A DNA stretch of 64,000 nucleotides from an uncultured Planctomycetaceae bacterium (GCA_964631565.1 CAZVYJ010000011.1:182-64181), one strand, 5' to 3'; counted from the stretch's first letter, positions 28,752 to 45,485 are shown. Translations and numbers: made by a program. Notes: generated from the sequence alone by a model not told the origin.

Positions 28752-29303
28752 ATGGCCCAACGCTGGTATGTCTTGCGAGTCGCTTCCAACAGGGAGCAGC
28801 AAGTGCGCGATGCGCTTGAGCGCAAGGTGAAAATAGAAGGGCTTGATAACAAAATCGGGCGTATTCTTGTGCCGACAGAGCGATGCCCGGCCCCGCGAGG
28901 GCGCAGCACCAAGAAGGTTGTCGACCGCAAGATGTATCCCGGATATGTCTTCATCGAGATGGATCTGGAGGAAGACGGCAGCATCGACGAGAAGGCGTGG
29001 TTCCTCATAAAGGAAACCGCCGGCGTCGGCGACTTCATCGGTTCGGGCGGAAAGCCCACCGCGATGAAGCAGAGCGACGTAGACAAAATGTTGATGCAGA
29101 TCGAAAAGGCCGAGGTCGGCGCGCCGGTCTCCGTGGCGTTCAAGCAGGGAGACCAGGTGAAAATCAAGGAAGGCGCGTTCGAGAACTTCGACGGTATTGT
29201 CGAAGAGGTTCTGCCTGACCGCGGCCTGATTAGAGTAACCGTTACGATATTCGGCCGGGCGACACCGGTCGAGTTGGAGTACTGGCAGGTTGAGCAGGCC
29301 TGA
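28752..29303 (+). CDS. nusG: transcription termination/antitermination factor NusG
   Basis: WYVLRVASNRE, KMYPGYVFIEM, KOW motif, TIFGRATPVELEYWQVE. Confidence 0.97.
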   Translation: MAQRWYVLRVASNREQQVRDALERKVKIEGLDNKIGRILVPTERCPAPRGRSTKKVVDRKMYPGYVFIEMDLEEDGSIDEKAWFLIKETAGVGDFIGSGGKPTAMKQSDVDKMLMQIEKAEVGAPVSVAFKQGDQVKIKEGAFENFDGIVEEVLPDRGLIRVTVTIFGRATPVELEYWQVEQA

Positions 29304-29368
29304 CGGCCATCTGTAAATGTAAAAGCTCTCTTGCCGTCCGTTAGTCACAGCTTTTTACGAGACCCAAA

Positions 29369-29794
29369 ATGGCGAAGAAACTTGTAGCAAAAATCAAACT
29401 TCAGGCTCCCGGCGGGCAGGCGACCCCGGCCCCCCCGATAGGTCCCGCGCTGGGCCAGCATAACGTCAATATCGGGCAGTTCGTCTCGCAGTTCAATGAG
29501 GCCACCAAGGAATACAAGGGCACGCCCATTCCGGTGGAAATCTCCGTTTATGCGGACAAGACGTTTTCCTTCATCTGCAAGAGTCCGCCGGCTGCGGCGT
29601 TGCTGAAAGAGGCCGCCCAGGTGGCCAAAGGCTCCGGCATGCCTAACAAGGAAAAGGTCGGCACGGTGACGAAGGAGCAGATCCGCCAGATTGCTGAGAA
29701 GAAGAAGGCGGACTTGAATGCGTTCGATATCGACAAGGCGTGCAGGCTTATTGAAGGCACCGCACGCAGCATGGGTATCACGGTAGAGCAGTAA
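29369..29794 (+). CDS. rplK: 50S ribosomal protein L11
   Basis: [20 protein letters not shown]. Confidence 0.98.
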   Translation: MAKKLVAKIKLQAPGGQATPAPPIGPALGQHNVNIGQFVSQFNEATKEYKGTPIPVEISVYADKTFSFICKSPPAAALLKEAAQVAKGSGMPNKEKVGTVTKEQIRQIAEKKKADLNAFDIDKACRLIEGTARSMGITVEQ

Positions 29795-29922
29795 GCGACT
29801 TTGCGGACCGGTTCCGCCGTCGCAAAACGACGGTGTGGGCGCCGACCGAAATGTGTGAAATAAATGCCTGACCACGGGCGAGAACAGTGGGAGTTCCGGC
29901 AGAGAACGAAAAGGATGCAATA

Positions 29923-30606
29923 ATGGGAAAAAGAATCAGCAAGCGCTTCAGGCAAGCCCTCGAAAAAGTCCCCAAGGGCAAAGTGCAGATACCCGAAGCA
30001 GTGGAAATCATCAAGACCTTCAACACCACCAAGTTTGACCAGACGATTGAGCTGGTTCTTCATCTTGGTATCGACCCGAAGCAGGTTGACCAGCAGCTTC
30101 GCGGGTCGATTTCGCTGCCGCACGGCCTGGGCGTCAGCAGGAAGGTCATCGCATTCTGCAGCGGTCCGGATATTGACAAGGCCAAGGCCGCCGGCGCTGT
30201 CGAGGCGGGCGCGGACGAGCTTATCAGGAAGGTCAACGACGGGTGGCTTGACTTCGACGTCGCCGTCGCCACGCCCGCGATGATGAAGAGCGTCTCCAAG
30301 CTTGGCCGCGTGCTCGGCCCGCAGGGCAAGATGCCGTCGCCGAAGGCCGGCACGGTCCAGCCCGATGTCGAGAAGGCCGTGAAGGAATTCGTAGCCGGCA
30401 AGGTGGAATTCCGCAACGACGACGGCGGCAATATCCACATCCCGGTCGGCAAGATGAGCTTTGAAGCCAAGGCTCTCGTCGAGAACGTTGAAGCATTTTA
30501 TAACTTCGTCAAAAAACACAAACCGACGACCGCGAAGGGCACATACATCAAGAAGATGTGCCTCTCGGCCACAATGTCGCCGTCGGTCCGTATAGAGACA
30601 GCATAA
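29923..30606 (+). CDS. rplA: 50S ribosomal protein L1
   Basis: TKFDQTIEL..LGIDPK, LGPQGKMPSPKAGTV. Confidence 0.98.
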   Translation: MGKRISKRFRQALEKVPKGKVQIPEAVEIIKTFNTTKFDQTIELVLHLGIDPKQVDQQLRGSISLPHGLGVSRKVIAFCSGPDIDKAKAAGAVEAGADELIRKVNDGWLDFDVAVATPAMMKSVSKLGRVLGPQGKMPSPKAGTVQPDVEKAVKEFVAGKVEFRNDDGGNIHIPVGKMSFEAKALVENVEAFYNFVKKHKPTTAKGTYIKKMCLSATMSPSVRIETA

Positions 30607-30621
30607 TCGCGAAGGTGCGCT

Positions 30622-31191
30622 ATGAGTAAACCGATAAAAGAATTAGTCCGCAAGGAACTCATCAAGAGGCTGGAAGGCGTCACCTCGATGGCGGTTGTCA
30701 GCTTCATGGGTGTGGATGCAATAACCAATCACCGCATTCGCGGCCGCCTTCGCGGCAAGGGTATCGCGGTTTCGGTGGTCAAGAACTCGCTGGCGAAGCA
30801 GGCGTTCAAGGAACTTGGTATCGAGAACGCCTCCGAAATGCTTGACGGTCCCTGCGCGGTAGCCTACGGCTCCGACAGCGTCGTCACCGTCGTCCGAGAA
30901 CTTCTGAATATACAGAAGGACGATGCTCCGATGCTTACCGTCAAGGCCGCTCTGCTTGACGGGCAGATATTTGGCGCCGACCGCATCGAAGAGCTGAGCA
31001 AGTATCCGACCCGCGAGGAAGCGATAGCCAAGGTGCTCCAGAGCATCCTCTCGCCGGGCAGGAAGCTGGCAGCGTGCCTTATCGGCCCGGGCAGCAGGAT
31101 TGCCGGCATCCTTAAGACAATCGAGGAAAAGGGCGGAAAGGGCGGCGATTCGGTCCCGGCAGCAGAAGCGCCGGCGACTGAAGGCCAGTAA
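30622..31191 (+). CDS. rplJ: 50S ribosomal protein L10
   Basis: VVKNSLAK, LSKYPTREE; position in rplKAJL. Confidence 0.95.
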   Translation: MSKPIKELVRKELIKRLEGVTSMAVVSFMGVDAITNHRIRGRLRGKGIAVSVVKNSLAKQAFKELGIENASEMLDGPCAVAYGSDSVVTVVRELLNIQKDDAPMLTVKAALLDGQIFGADRIEELSKYPTREEAIAKVLQSILSPGRKLAACLIGPGSRIAGILKTIEEKGGKGGDSVPAAEAPATEGQ

Positions 31192-31304
31192 AACGAAATT
31201 ATAACCGGCCGCAGATTGGGTCCGAATTGCTCGGGCTTAAATGACGCCAGCGGGGCGTCGCCTATCAGGCCGATTGTTTGACGCAGAGTTTGGAGTTTAC
31301 AGAA

Positions 31305-31715
31305 ATGTCAGAAGAAGCAACCAAGGGATTCGCAGAAGAAATCAAGACGCTTGGCGACAAGATCGTCGGCCTGACCCTTAAAGAGGCCGTTGACCTTGCT
31401 GCATACCTGAAGGAAACCTATAACATCGAGCCCGCAGCGGGCGGCGCAGTCATGGTTGCCGGTCCGGCAGCCGGAAGCGCAGGCGAAGCCGCAGCGGAAG
31501 AGAAGACCGAGTTCGACGTTATCCTCAAGACGGCAGGCGACAAGAAGATCCAGGTCATCAAGGCCGTCCGTGCCATCACGAATCTGGGCCTCAAGGAAGC
31601 AAAAGATCTTGTCGAAGGCGCCCCCAAAACAATCAAAGAAGGTGTCTCCAAGGCAGAAGCCGAAGAAGCCAAGAAGCAGCTGGAAGAAGCCGGCGGCACC
31701 GTCGAGATCAAGTAA
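31305..31715 (+). CDS. rplL: 50S ribosomal protein L7/L12
   Basis: [34 protein letters not shown]. Confidence 0.98.
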   Translation: MSEEATKGFAEEIKTLGDKIVGLTLKEAVDLAAYLKETYNIEPAAGGAVMVAGPAAGSAGEAAAEEKTEFDVILKTAGDKKIQVIKAVRAITNLGLKEAKDLVEGAPKTIKEGVSKAEAEEAKKQLEEAGGTVEIK

Positions 31716-31904
31716 GATACTGGTTAACAGAGACAATCAATGCAGCCCCATCCGCCCCTTATGGGGCGGATGGGCGAAAAACCCGCCCGAATTTGCGGAA
31801 GGCAAGTTCGTCGGGATTTTCCTGCTTATAAACGGCGGCCGAAGCAGACAGTTACTTTTAACGCGGACATTGCTCAACGCTGAACGCACGATATTAATGA
31901 GGTC

Positions 31905-34900
31905 ATGGCCATGCTGAAAATGGACCGGGTGAGGAATTTTTCCAAAGTTGGCGACGCTATCCAGGTTCCCAACCTTATCGACATCCAGCTGCTGAGTTAC
32001 GAAAGATTCCTGCAGGTCGATGTCGCTCCCGAAAAACGCAAGGGCGAGGGACTTGAAGGCCTGCTGAGGGAGATATTCCCGATCGTCAGCTATGACGAGC
32101 AGAATACGCTGGAATATCTCGGTTACGAACTCGGCGAGCCGCGGTATACCGTTCAGGAATGCCGCGACCTGAAGCTTACCTACGGCCGGCCGTTCCGCAT
32201 CCGATGCAGGCTCGTCCGCAAGGAATGCAAGGAAGTCCTGGAAGAGAGCATCTACATCGGCGAAGTGCCGATTATGATCGGCGGCGGCGAATTCATCATC
32301 AACGGCGCCGAACGCGTCATAGTTTCGCAGCTGCACCGCTCGCCGGGCGTCGACTTTACAGTCGAAATGCAGGAATCCGACCGCCCGCTGCACGGCGGCA
32401 GAATCATCCCCGAACGCGGCAGCTGGATCGAACTGGCCGTCACGAAGAAAGATTCGCTCTCGATGCGAATCGACCAGTCCGGGAAGATTCCCGCGACCAT
32501 GTTCCTCCGCGCGATGGACCCGAAATACTCCACCGATGCCGATATCATCCGCGAGTTCTACGAAACCAAGCAGGTGTCTGCCGCTCAGCTTCGTCCCCAG
32601 ATGCACCTCGTCGAGGCGTTTGTGGACCCCGACACTGGCGAGGAAGCCGTCCCCGCCGGCGGCCAGATAGGCGAAGCTCTGACGAGAATCGTTTCCTCGA
32701 AGATCAAAAAATTCGAAGTCGTCGAGAAGCCCGGTGATCCGCTGATTCTCAATACACTGTCCGAGGATCCGTCGGACAGTCACGAAAACGCGCTGCTCCG
32801 CATTTATATGAGGCTTCGCCCCGGCAACCCGCCGCAGCTTGAAAAGGCGAAGACCCTGTTCAACGAGAAATTCTACGACGAAAACCGCTACCGCCTTGGC
32901 AAGGTGGGGCGTTTCCGCATAAACCGCAAGTTCAAACAGGACGTGCCGGAGTCCGTCATGACCCTGAGGGTCGAGGACTTCATGAACACGCTGAAATATA
33001 TCGTCCGCCTCCGCGACGGGCAGGGCATGGTCGATGACATCGACCACCTCGGCAACCGCCGCCTGCGCACCATAGACGAGCTGGCGACTGAAGAACTTCG
33101 CAAGGGCTTCCTCAAGCTCCGCCGCACCGTCCAGGAACGCATGAGCATAAAGGACCCCAACGAAGTCACGAAAATCGCCGAACTGGTCAACTCCAAGAGC
33201 ATTTCGTCGAGCATCGATTACTTCTTCGGGCGAGGCGAACTCAGCCAGGTCGTCGACCAGCAGAACCCGCTGAGCCAGCTGACGCACGAGCGTCGTCTGT
33301 CGGCGCTGGGTCCGGGCGGTCTGAACCGCAAGCGTGCGGGCTTCGAAGTCCGCGACGTTCACATCAGCCACTACGGCCGCGTCTGCCCGATCGAAACGCC
33401 GGAAGGCAACAACATCGGCCTCATCACGTCGCTGAGCATTTACGGCGGCGTTGACGAGTATGGCTTCCTGACCACGCCTTACCGCAAGATTTCCCGCGGC
33501 AAGGCCACCGGCGAAATCGTATACCTCCGCGCCGACGAGGAAATGGAAAGCATTCTCGCTCCGTCCGACTGCCTGCAGAGCAGCCAGCGCAGCGAAACGC
33601 AGAAGCTGCCCGAAGGCCGCGTGCTCGCCAGAAACAAAGGCGAAGTAACGCTGGTCGACAGCAACGATGTCGAATACGTGGATATTTCCCCCAAGCAGAC
33701 CGTCGGTATTTCGGCGGCGCTTATTCCGTTCCTTGAGCACGACGACGCAAACCGCGCCCTGATGGGTTCGAACATGCAGCGGCAGGCGGTTCCGCTCGTC
33801 AGGACCGAGCCGCCCATCGTGGCGACCGGCATGGAGACGTCGATTGTCGAGAACTCCGGCCTGGTCGTTTACGCGCGCAAGGCCGGGACGGTCACCTACG
33901 TTGACTCGGAGCGGATTATCATCGACAACGCCGACGAGTACGAGCTGCGCAAGTTCGACAAGCTCAACGAACGCGCCTGCCTGAACCAGAAGCCCATCGT
34001 CAAGGAAGGCCAGCGCGTCAAGAAGGGCCAGATTATTGCCGACGGCTCGGCCTGCCATCATGGCGAGCTGGCGCTGGGCCGAAACGTGCTTGTGGCGTTC
34101 ATGCCGTTCGACGGATACAACTTCGAGGACGCCATCCTGATTTCGGAGCGGGTGGTGAAGGCCGACGCGTTCACGTCGATTCACCTCGAAGAATATGAAG
34201 TCGAAATCCGCGAAACCAAACTTGGGCGCGAAGAATTCACGCGCGACATTCCGAACGTCTCGGAACGTGCGCTTCGCAACCTCGATGAAAACGGCGTGGT
34301 CCGCCTTGGAACGTTCGTCCAGCCCGGCGATATTCTCGTCGGCAAGGTCGCGCCGAAGTCCAAGAGCGAACTGACTCCGGAAGAAAAACTTCTGCATGCG
34401 ATATTCGGCCGGGCCGGCGAAGACGTGAAAAACGACAGCCTCGAACTGCCCGCTGGCGAAGAAGGCGTCGTAGTCAACGCCAAGCGGTTCAGCCGCCGCA
34501 TGCACATGACCGACGACCAGAAAAAGCAGCTCAAGCAGGACATGGCGAAGTATCGCGAAGGCATGCTGGCCAAGATGATAAAAATCTTCCGCCTGATGAC
34601 CGACGAAATCAACAACGTCGTCGGCGCGCCGATGATCGACCCGACGACCCGCCAGAAAGTCGGCCAGAGCGACATCAACGCGGTTATCGCCGAGCAGATT
34701 GAAAACTTCAATCTCAAGTGGATCAAGGCCAAGAGCGACGCCGCCAGGCAGCAGGCCATAGGCATTTACGACCGCTACTGGCCGAGAATCAAGGCCATCG
34801 AGCACGAAATGAACCGTAAGCTCGACCACATGAAGCGCGGCGACGAGTTGCCTTCCGGCGTGCTTGAAATGGTGAAGGTCACCGTAGCCACCAAGCGCAA

Positions 34901-35675
34901 GCTGGGCGTCGGCGACAAGATGGCCGGCCGTCACGGAAACAAGGGCGTCATTGCACGCATCATGCCGGAAGAGGACATGCCGTTCCTCGAAGACGGTACG
35001 CCCATCGATATCTGCCTGAACCCGCTCGGTGTGCCCAGCCGTATGAACGTCGGACAGATTCTCGAAACCCACCTCGGCTGGGCTGCCGCGGTGCTCGGCT
35101 TCAAGGCGATCACACCGGTGTTCGACGGCGCAACCGAAGACGAGATATTCGGCTGCATCCGCGAGGCGAACGAGCACGTCCGACAGCGTCGGGCCGACAC
35201 CGAAGTCGTCCGCAAGGCCGGCGAAACCGGCGAACTGCTGGTCGAGATGCCCGAAGACGGCAAGATTACCCTCTACGACGGCCGCACGGGCGAGCCGTTC
35301 GAGCAGAAGGTAACCGTCGGCTACATCTACATGAACAAACTGCACCACCTCGTCGACGAGAAGATTCACGCTCGTGCAACCGGCCCGTACTCGCTGATCA
35401 CCCAGCAGCCGTTGGGCGGCAAGGCCCGCACCGGCGGCCAGAGGTTCGGCGAAATGGAAGTCTGGGGCCTGGAAGCATACGGCGCCAGCTACACGCTGCA
35501 GGAACTTCTCACCGTCAAGAGCGACGACGTGGAAGGCAGAACGAAAATTTACGAATCAATGGTCAAGGGCCAGAACACGCTCGAAGCCGGCACGCCGGTC
35601 AGTTTCGACGTGCTTTGCAACGAACTTCGCGGCCTTGGTCTGAACATACAGCTTGAAAAGAAGAAACTTATCTAG
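31905..35675 (+). CDS. rpoB: RNA polymerase beta subunit
   Basis: [33 protein letters not shown]. Confidence 0.99.
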   Translation: MAMLKMDRVRNFSKVGDAIQVPNLIDIQLLSYERFLQVDVAPEKRKGEGLEGLLREIFPIVSYDEQNTLEYLGYELGEPRYTVQECRDLKLTYGRPFRIRCRLVRKECKEVLEESIYIGEVPIMIGGGEFIINGAERVIVSQLHRSPGVDFTVEMQESDRPLHGGRIIPERGSWIELAVTKKDSLSMRIDQSGKIPATMFLRAMDPKYSTDADIIREFYETKQVSAAQLRPQMHLVEAFVDPDTGEEAVPAGGQIGEALTRIVSSKIKKFEVVEKPGDPLILNTLSEDPSDSHENALLRIYMRLRPGNPPQLEKAKTLFNEKFYDENRYRLGKVGRFRINRKFKQDVPESVMTLRVEDFMNTLKYIVRLRDGQGMVDDIDHLGNRRLRTIDELATEELRKGFLKLRRTVQERMSIKDPNEVTKIAELVNSKSISSSIDYFFGRGELSQVVDQQNPLSQLTHERRLSALGPGGLNRKRAGFEVRDVHISHYGRVCPIETPEGNNIGLITSLSIYGGVDEYGFLTTPYRKISRGKATGEIVYLRADEEMESILAPSDCLQSSQRSETQKLPEGRVLARNKGEVTLVDSNDVEYVDISPKQTVGISAALIPFLEHDDANRALMGSNMQRQAVPLVRTEPPIVATGMETSIVENSGLVVYARKAGTVTYVDSERIIIDNADEYELRKFDKLNERACLNQKPIVKEGQRVKKGQIIADGSACHHGELALGRNVLVAFMPFDGYNFEDAILISERVVKADAFTSIHLEEYEVEIRETKLGREEFTRDIPNVSERALRNLDENGVVRLGTFVQPGDILVGKVAPKSKSELTPEEKLLHAIFGRAGEDVKNDSLELPAGEEGVVVNAKRFSRRMHMTDDQKKQLKQDMAKYREGMLAKMIKIFRLMTDEINNVVGAPMIDPTTRQKVGQSDINAVIAEQIENFNLKWIKAKSDAARQQAIGIYDRYWPRIKAIEHEMNRKLDHMKRGDELPSGVLEMVKVTVATKRKLGVGDKMAGRHGNKGVIARIMPEEDMPFLEDGTPIDICLNPLGVPSRMNVGQILETHLGWAAAVLGFKAITPVFDGATEDEIFGCIREANEHVRQRRADTEVVRKAGETGELLVEMPEDGKITLYDGRTGEPFEQKVTVGYIYMNKLHHLVDEKIHARATGPYSLITQQPLGGKARTGGQRFGEMEVWGLEAYGASYTLQELLTVKSDDVEGRTKIYESMVKGQNTLEAGTPVSFDVLCNELRGLGLNIQLEKKKLI

Positions 35676-35704
35676 CCTGGGCTACCCCTCGGGAGCAATG
35701 AAAC

Positions 35705-40009
<4,305 letters not shown>

Positions 40010-40012
<3 letters not shown>

Positions 40013-40032
40013 GCTGCCCTTCGGGCAGCTTA
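40010..40032. other. perfect hairpin at rpoC stop, no U-tract
   Basis: TAAGCTGCCC-TTC-GGGCAGCTTA. Confidence 0.4.
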
Positions 40033-40217
40033 GAGCAGTGGAGCAGCAGAGCAGGTGAAAAACTGAGCGAATTCCATCGCGGATCATTCGTTGAGAGCGG
40101 AATCCTTGCTCACCTGCGGTCTCCTGTTCTACTGTTGGTTCTTTTTAGTATTTGATTTAATTAGAGTTAGTTCTGGAAATTTGAAACGACCTGGCAAAGA
40201 TAAAAGAGGTTCTTTAT

Positions 40218-40589
<372 letters not shown>

Positions 40590-40718
40590 CTGCTTGGACT
40601 GAAGTTATACTCACACTCGGCATGTGGCCGAGAGTACTGGCGAGTATTTAAAAGCGGGCCGGCCGAACCCGGCCCCCAGGAAAAGTTGAGACCCCCCTAA
40701 GGGGGGAACGAGAGAGAA

Positions 40719-41195
40719 ATGGGATTCAAAAAGTTTACATCGTCGACGGATCAGCTGAAGCCTGATGAGATATATGGCAGCAAGCTCATCAGCAAGTTCA
40801 TCAACTGCATCATGGTGGACGGCAAGAAAATCGCCGCCCAGAAGATCGTTTACGGCGCGATGGACATCATCGCCAAGAAAATGCCCGAAACCACTCCGAT
40901 AGAGGTGTTCGAGAAGGCGATCAACAACATCAAGCCGCGCATCGAGGTCCGCTCCAAGCGAGTCGGCGGCGCGAATTATCAGGTTCCGATGCAGGTTAAT
41001 TCGAAGCGTCAGCTTTCGCTGGCGATTCGCTGGGTCCGTGAAGCCATCCGCGCCGGCAAAGGTCAGCCGATGAAGCAGAGGCTCGCGACTGAAATCATGA
41101 GCGCTTATAAGGGCGAAGGCGCCGCCATGACGACACGCGAAAACGTGCACCGCATGGCCGAGGCCAACAAGGCCTTTGCGCACTTCGCATGGTGA
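40719..41195 (+). CDS. rpsG: 30S ribosomal protein S7
   Basis: [29 protein letters not shown]. Confidence 0.99.
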   Translation: MGFKKFTSSTDQLKPDEIYGSKLISKFINCIMVDGKKIAAQKIVYGAMDIIAKKMPETTPIEVFEKAINNIKPRIEVRSKRVGGANYQVPMQVNSKRQLSLAIRWVREAIRAGKGQPMKQRLATEIMSAYKGEGAAMTTRENVHRMAEANKAFAHFAW

Positions 41196-41221
41196 TAGAG
41201 AATAAGTAACCATCACAGAAA

Positions 41222-41610
41222 GCTTCGGCTGATTTCTTTCGGCCGAAAAGCGGTGTTGGTTGAATCGTCCGCTGCCTCCGTCCCTAAGGGACGGAGAGCA
41301 GAATTGGGCGGACGATCCCGGTGGCGCATCTGCGTAGCGACCGTCGGGACTCAGAGAAGGTTTTCCAAGTGCTTCTGACGAAATGAGGCGTCGCCTGAAG
41401 GCGCCTCGCAGGCAAGCCGACGGCGGCTGCGTTTTGTTGGAGGCTCTCAGGGACCGCTTGAGATAAGACAACCGGGCCGGTCTGTTACGTGGGCTTGAAG
41501 CAGCAAAGCCTCTCAAGGCCGGTGTTCGTCCCTAAGGGATGACGGAAGAAGTTCCCTGATATGTTGGCGCGGCAGGTGCGCAGTGCATGTGTTTGCGCGG
41601 CGCAACCGCC
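41222..41610 (+). ncRNA. candidate large structured RNA in rpsG-fusA spacer (unassigned)
   Basis: Near-continuous stem-loops with long-range pairings and no credible ORF; see findings. Confidence 0.4.
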
Positions 41611-41633
41611 TTTGAGGTATAGGCTTAGGATAG

Positions 41634-43715
41634 ATGGCAAAGGACCTGAGAAAACTTCGTAATATCGGCATCATGGCACACATCGATGCCGGCAAGACTA
41701 CTGTGAGCGAACGTGTGCTGTTCTTCGCCGGACGCACCTACAAGATAGGCGAAGTGCACGAGGGCACGGCCGTGATGGACTATCTCCAGGAAGAGCAGGA
41801 GCGGGGCATAACCATCACCTCGGCCGCCACCACGCTCGAGTGGAAAGGCTGCACCATCAATCTTATCGATACCCCCGGCCACGTCGACTTCACCATAGAG
41901 GTCGAACGCTCGCTGCGTGTGCTCGACGGCGCGGTGGCCGTGTTCTGTGCGGTTGGCGGCGTCGAAGCCCAGAGCGAGACGGTGTGGCATCAGGCGGATA
42001 AGTATAAGGTTCCGCGGCTTTGCTTCATAAACAAGATGGACCGGGCCGGTGCCGATTTCGACATGGTGGTCGGCGAACTTACCTCTCGCCTGCACGCCAA
42101 CCCGATAGTTCTGCAGCTTCCGATGGGCAGCGGCGACGAAATGAAGGGACAGATAGACCTTGTCAGCCGGCAGGCGATATTCTATGACCCGGACAAGATC
42201 GCCACGAAAATGCGCATCGAACCTGTTCCGGATGAATATCACGAAATGGTAGAAATCGCTCGTCATGACCTGATTGAAAAGGCCGCCGAGTACGACGAAG
42301 AGGTAATGGACAAGTATGTCCACGAGCGTGAAATCAGCGAGGAAGAGATACATCGCGCGATCCGACACGGCACGGTCACCGGCAAGATTCACCCGGTGCT
42401 TTGCGGCTCGGCCCTGAAGCACATGGGCGTCCGCCTGCTTCTCGACGCCGTCGTAAGATACCTGCCCAGTCCGCTGGACGTTCCGCCGGTCGAAGGCCAC
42501 GACCTGTCGAGGGGCAAGGAGAACCAGATAATCAGACGAAACCCGGACCCCAGCGAGCCTTTTTCGGCCCTGGTGTTCAAAATTACTTCCGACCAGCATG
42601 GCGACCTGAACTTCACCCGCATATACAGCGGCACGCTGAAGTCCGGCTCGAGAGTGCTCAACAGCACGCAGGACCGCAAGGAAATCGTCTCCCGCATATG
42701 GGAAATGCACGCGAAGCAGCGTACCCAGCGGGAAGAGGCCGTCGCGGGCGATATCGTGGCGCTGGTGGGCCTGAAGCAGTCCATCACCGGCGACACACTG
42801 TGCGACCCGAAGCATCCGATTCTGCTGGAGCGACTCGACTTCCCCGAGCCGGTCATCACCATGTCGATAGAGCCTAAAACCAACGCCGACAAGCAGAAGC
42901 TCGTCGAGTCGCTTTATACGCTGCGGCGGGAAGACCCCAGCTTCATGTACCGCTGGGACGAGGAAACCGGCCAGACGACCATTTCCGGCATGGGCGAGCT
43001 GCATCTGGAAATCATCAAAAACAAGCTGGTTCGCGATATGGGCGTGGACGTTACCGTCGGCAGGCCCAAGGTGGCCTACAAAGAGACGATTCGCGGTTCG
43101 GCCGAGGCGGAAGGACGGTTTATTCGCCAGACTGGCGGCCGGGGCCAGTACGGCGTGGCCGTCCTGCGGGTCGAATCGCATACCCCCGAGGCCGGCGAAG
43201 AGAGCATTATTTTCGAGGATGCCACCAAGGGCGGCGTGATCCCGAGGGAGTACATTCCGTCGGTCGAAAGAGGCGTCAGGGACGCCGCCACAAGCGGGCC
43301 GCTTGCGGGCTATCCCATGCAGAATCTTAAGGTTACGTTACTTGACGGCAAGTATCACCCCGTTGACAGCAGCGACATCGCCTTCCAGCAGGCAGGCGCC
43401 CTGGCCTTCAACGAGGCGGTCCGAAAGGCCTCGCCCATATTCCTGGAGCCGATTATGCGGCTTCAGACCACCGTACCGGAAGAGTACCTGGGTGCGGTTA
43501 CCGGCGATTTGAACAGCCGGCGGGCGGTAATCAAGGAAATGGAGCACAGAGGGCACTTCCGGGTGCTTACGGCGGAAGTTCCGCTGTCTGAATTATTTGG
43601 CTATTCGACGCAGCTTAGGTCGCTTACCCAGGGACGCGGGACCAGCACAATGGAGCCGCACGTGTATGCTCCGGCGCCCTCTCAGGTAAGCGAACAGATA
43701 TTGCGTCTGGTTTAG
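41634..43715 (+). CDS. fusA: elongation factor G
   Basis: [35 protein letters not shown]. Confidence 0.99.
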   Translation: MAKDLRKLRNIGIMAHIDAGKTTVSERVLFFAGRTYKIGEVHEGTAVMDYLQEEQERGITITSAATTLEWKGCTINLIDTPGHVDFTIEVERSLRVLDGAVAVFCAVGGVEAQSETVWHQADKYKVPRLCFINKMDRAGADFDMVVGELTSRLHANPIVLQLPMGSGDEMKGQIDLVSRQAIFYDPDKIATKMRIEPVPDEYHEMVEIARHDLIEKAAEYDEEVMDKYVHEREISEEEIHRAIRHGTVTGKIHPVLCGSALKHMGVRLLLDAVVRYLPSPLDVPPVEGHDLSRGKENQIIRRNPDPSEPFSALVFKITSDQHGDLNFTRIYSGTLKSGSRVLNSTQDRKEIVSRIWEMHAKQRTQREEAVAGDIVALVGLKQSITGDTLCDPKHPILLERLDFPEPVITMSIEPKTNADKQKLVESLYTLRREDPSFMYRWDEETGQTTISGMGELHLEIIKNKLVRDMGVDVTVGRPKVAYKETIRGSAEAEGRFIRQTGGRGQYGVAVLRVESHTPEAGEESIIFEDATKGGVIPREYIPSVERGVRDAATSGPLAGYPMQNLKVTLLDGKYHPVDSSDIAFQQAGALAFNEAVRKASPIFLEPIMRLQTTVPEEYLGAVTGDLNSRRAVIKEMEHRGHFRVLTAEVPLSELFGYSTQLRSLTQGRGTSTMEPHVYAPAPSQVSEQILRLV

Positions 43716-43753
43716 ATAAGATGAAAAAAACTGAAAAAATCGTGGGTCCATAA

Positions 43754-43781
43754 TTGACAGTTACTTGCGCATCCGTATGCT
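43754..43781 (+). promoter_or_regulatory. internal promoter upstream of rpsJ
   Basis: TTGACA(43754-43759)-N16-TATGCT(43776-43781). Confidence 0.6.
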
Positions 43782-43844
43782 GGGTGGACTCTGTATTTTC
43801 CCGTCGCCTTTAATGGTTGGGAACCACGGTTGGAGTATGGCTGA

Positions 43845-44153
<309 letters not shown>

Positions 44154-44173
44154 GGTGTGAAAAGGTGCTAGCG

Positions 44174-44836
44174 ATGTTCGCGGTTATACTAGGCAAAAAA
44201 ATCGGCATGACGCAGGTTTACGACGACAACGGCGACGTTCAGCCGGTCACTGTCGTTCAGGCAGGGCCGTGCAGTGTTCTGCAGGTCAAGAGCGGCGAGA
44301 CTGACGGCTACAACGCCGTTCAGCTCGGATTCGGCGACGTGAAGGTCCACAGGGCGACCAAGCCTCAGATCGGCCACGCCGCGAAGGCGAATTCCAGGCC
44401 CAAACGCTTTATCCGCGAAGTGCGGCTTGACGCCGCCGCTGAAGGCGTTCAGCCCGGCCAGGCCGTCACTGTCGATGCGTTTAACGAAATTAAATTCGTC
44501 GATGTGATAGGCACTACGAAGGGCAAAGGCTTCGCCGGCGCGATGAAGCGTCACGGCTTCAAGGGTCAGCCCGCGTCGCACGGCTGCGAACGCAAGCACA
44601 GAAGCCCCGGCTCGATCGCTTCGCACAGCGCCAACCGCGGCAGAGGCGGTACGCCGAAGAGGGGCAAGCGCATGGCCGGCCACATGGGCAACGTAAAGTG
44701 CACCAGCCGGAATCACAAACTCGTTGCCGTAGACAAGGAAAATAACCTGCTGTTGATCAAGGGATCAGTTCCCGGAGCCAACGGCGGGTTTGTTTATATC
44801 AGGGCAAGCAAGACGGCCAAGGCCGCTAAAAAGTAA
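44174..44836 (+). CDS. rplC: 50S ribosomal protein L3
   Basis: GKKIGMTQ, KGKGFAGAMKRHGF. Confidence 0.98.
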   Translation: MFAVILGKKIGMTQVYDDNGDVQPVTVVQAGPCSVLQVKSGETDGYNAVQLGFGDVKVHRATKPQIGHAAKANSRPKRFIREVRLDAAAEGVQPGQAVTVDAFNEIKFVDVIGTTKGKGFAGAMKRHGFKGQPASHGCERKHRSPGSIASHSANRGRGGTPKRGKRMAGHMGNVKCTSRNHKLVAVDKENNLLLIKGSVPGANGGFVYIRASKTAKAAKK

Positions 44837-44855
44837 GGCCCGGTGAGACAAGATC

Positions 44856-45485
44856 ATGTTGGAAGTTCCAGTTTACAATACCGACGGAAAGAAAATCGAC
44901 ACCATCAAGGTGGATGAGCGGACGTTCGGCTCGCAGGTCAACGTGGCGCTGCTGAAGCAGGCGGTCGTCGCCTACCACGCCAACAGGCGTCAGCCGACGG
45001 CGGCCACCAGGAGCCGCGGCATGGTTGAAGGCTCGACCAGAAAACTGTACCGCCAGAAGGGCACCGGCAACGCACGCCGAGGCCCGATCCGCACAAACAT
45101 CATGCGTGGCGGCGGCGTCGCCTTCGCAAAGGGCAATCAGAACTTCAAGCAGAGGCTGCCGAAAAAGATGCGCAGGGCCGCCCTCAACTCGGCGATCCTG
45201 GCCAAGATTCTCGGCGAAGACCTGGTGGTCCTTGATGGGCTGGCGGTCGAATCGCCGAAGACCGCACATGTCGCCGGCGTGATGAAGAATCTCAAGATCA
45301 ACCGTTCGTGCCTGCTGACGCTGGCTGATCATGACAGGAACATCTACCTCAGTGCCAGAAACATCCCGGACATCACCGTCCGGACGGCCGAGGAGCTTAA
45401 TGCCTTCGACGTGGCGACCAGGCAGAAAATGGTCGTCACCACCGAGGCGATGCAGGCCTTGATGGGGCAGGAGGTTGAAGCGTGA
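44856..45485 (+). CDS. rplD: 50S ribosomal protein L4
   Basis: RQKGTGNARRG, RGGGVAF. Confidence 0.98.
   Translation: MLEVPVYNTDGKKIDTIKVDERTFGSQVNVALLKQAVVAYHANRRQPTAATRSRGMVEGSTRKLYRQKGTGNARRGPIRTNIMRGGGVAFAKGNQNFKQRLPKKMRRAALNSAILAKILGEDLVVLDGLAVESPKTAHVAGVMKNLKINRSCLLTLADHDRNIYLSARNIPDITVRTAEELNAFDVATRQKMVVTTEAMQALMGQEVEA

Noticed and set aside
41196-41633. rpsG-fusA spacer as RNase P RNA, tmRNA, group I/II intron or riboswitch
   Set aside because: I saw no GAGGAAAGUCC/ACAGAA..GGCUUA pair, tRNA-like ends, P7 (GACUA/UAGUC) or domain V motif on either strand by eye; left unassigned.
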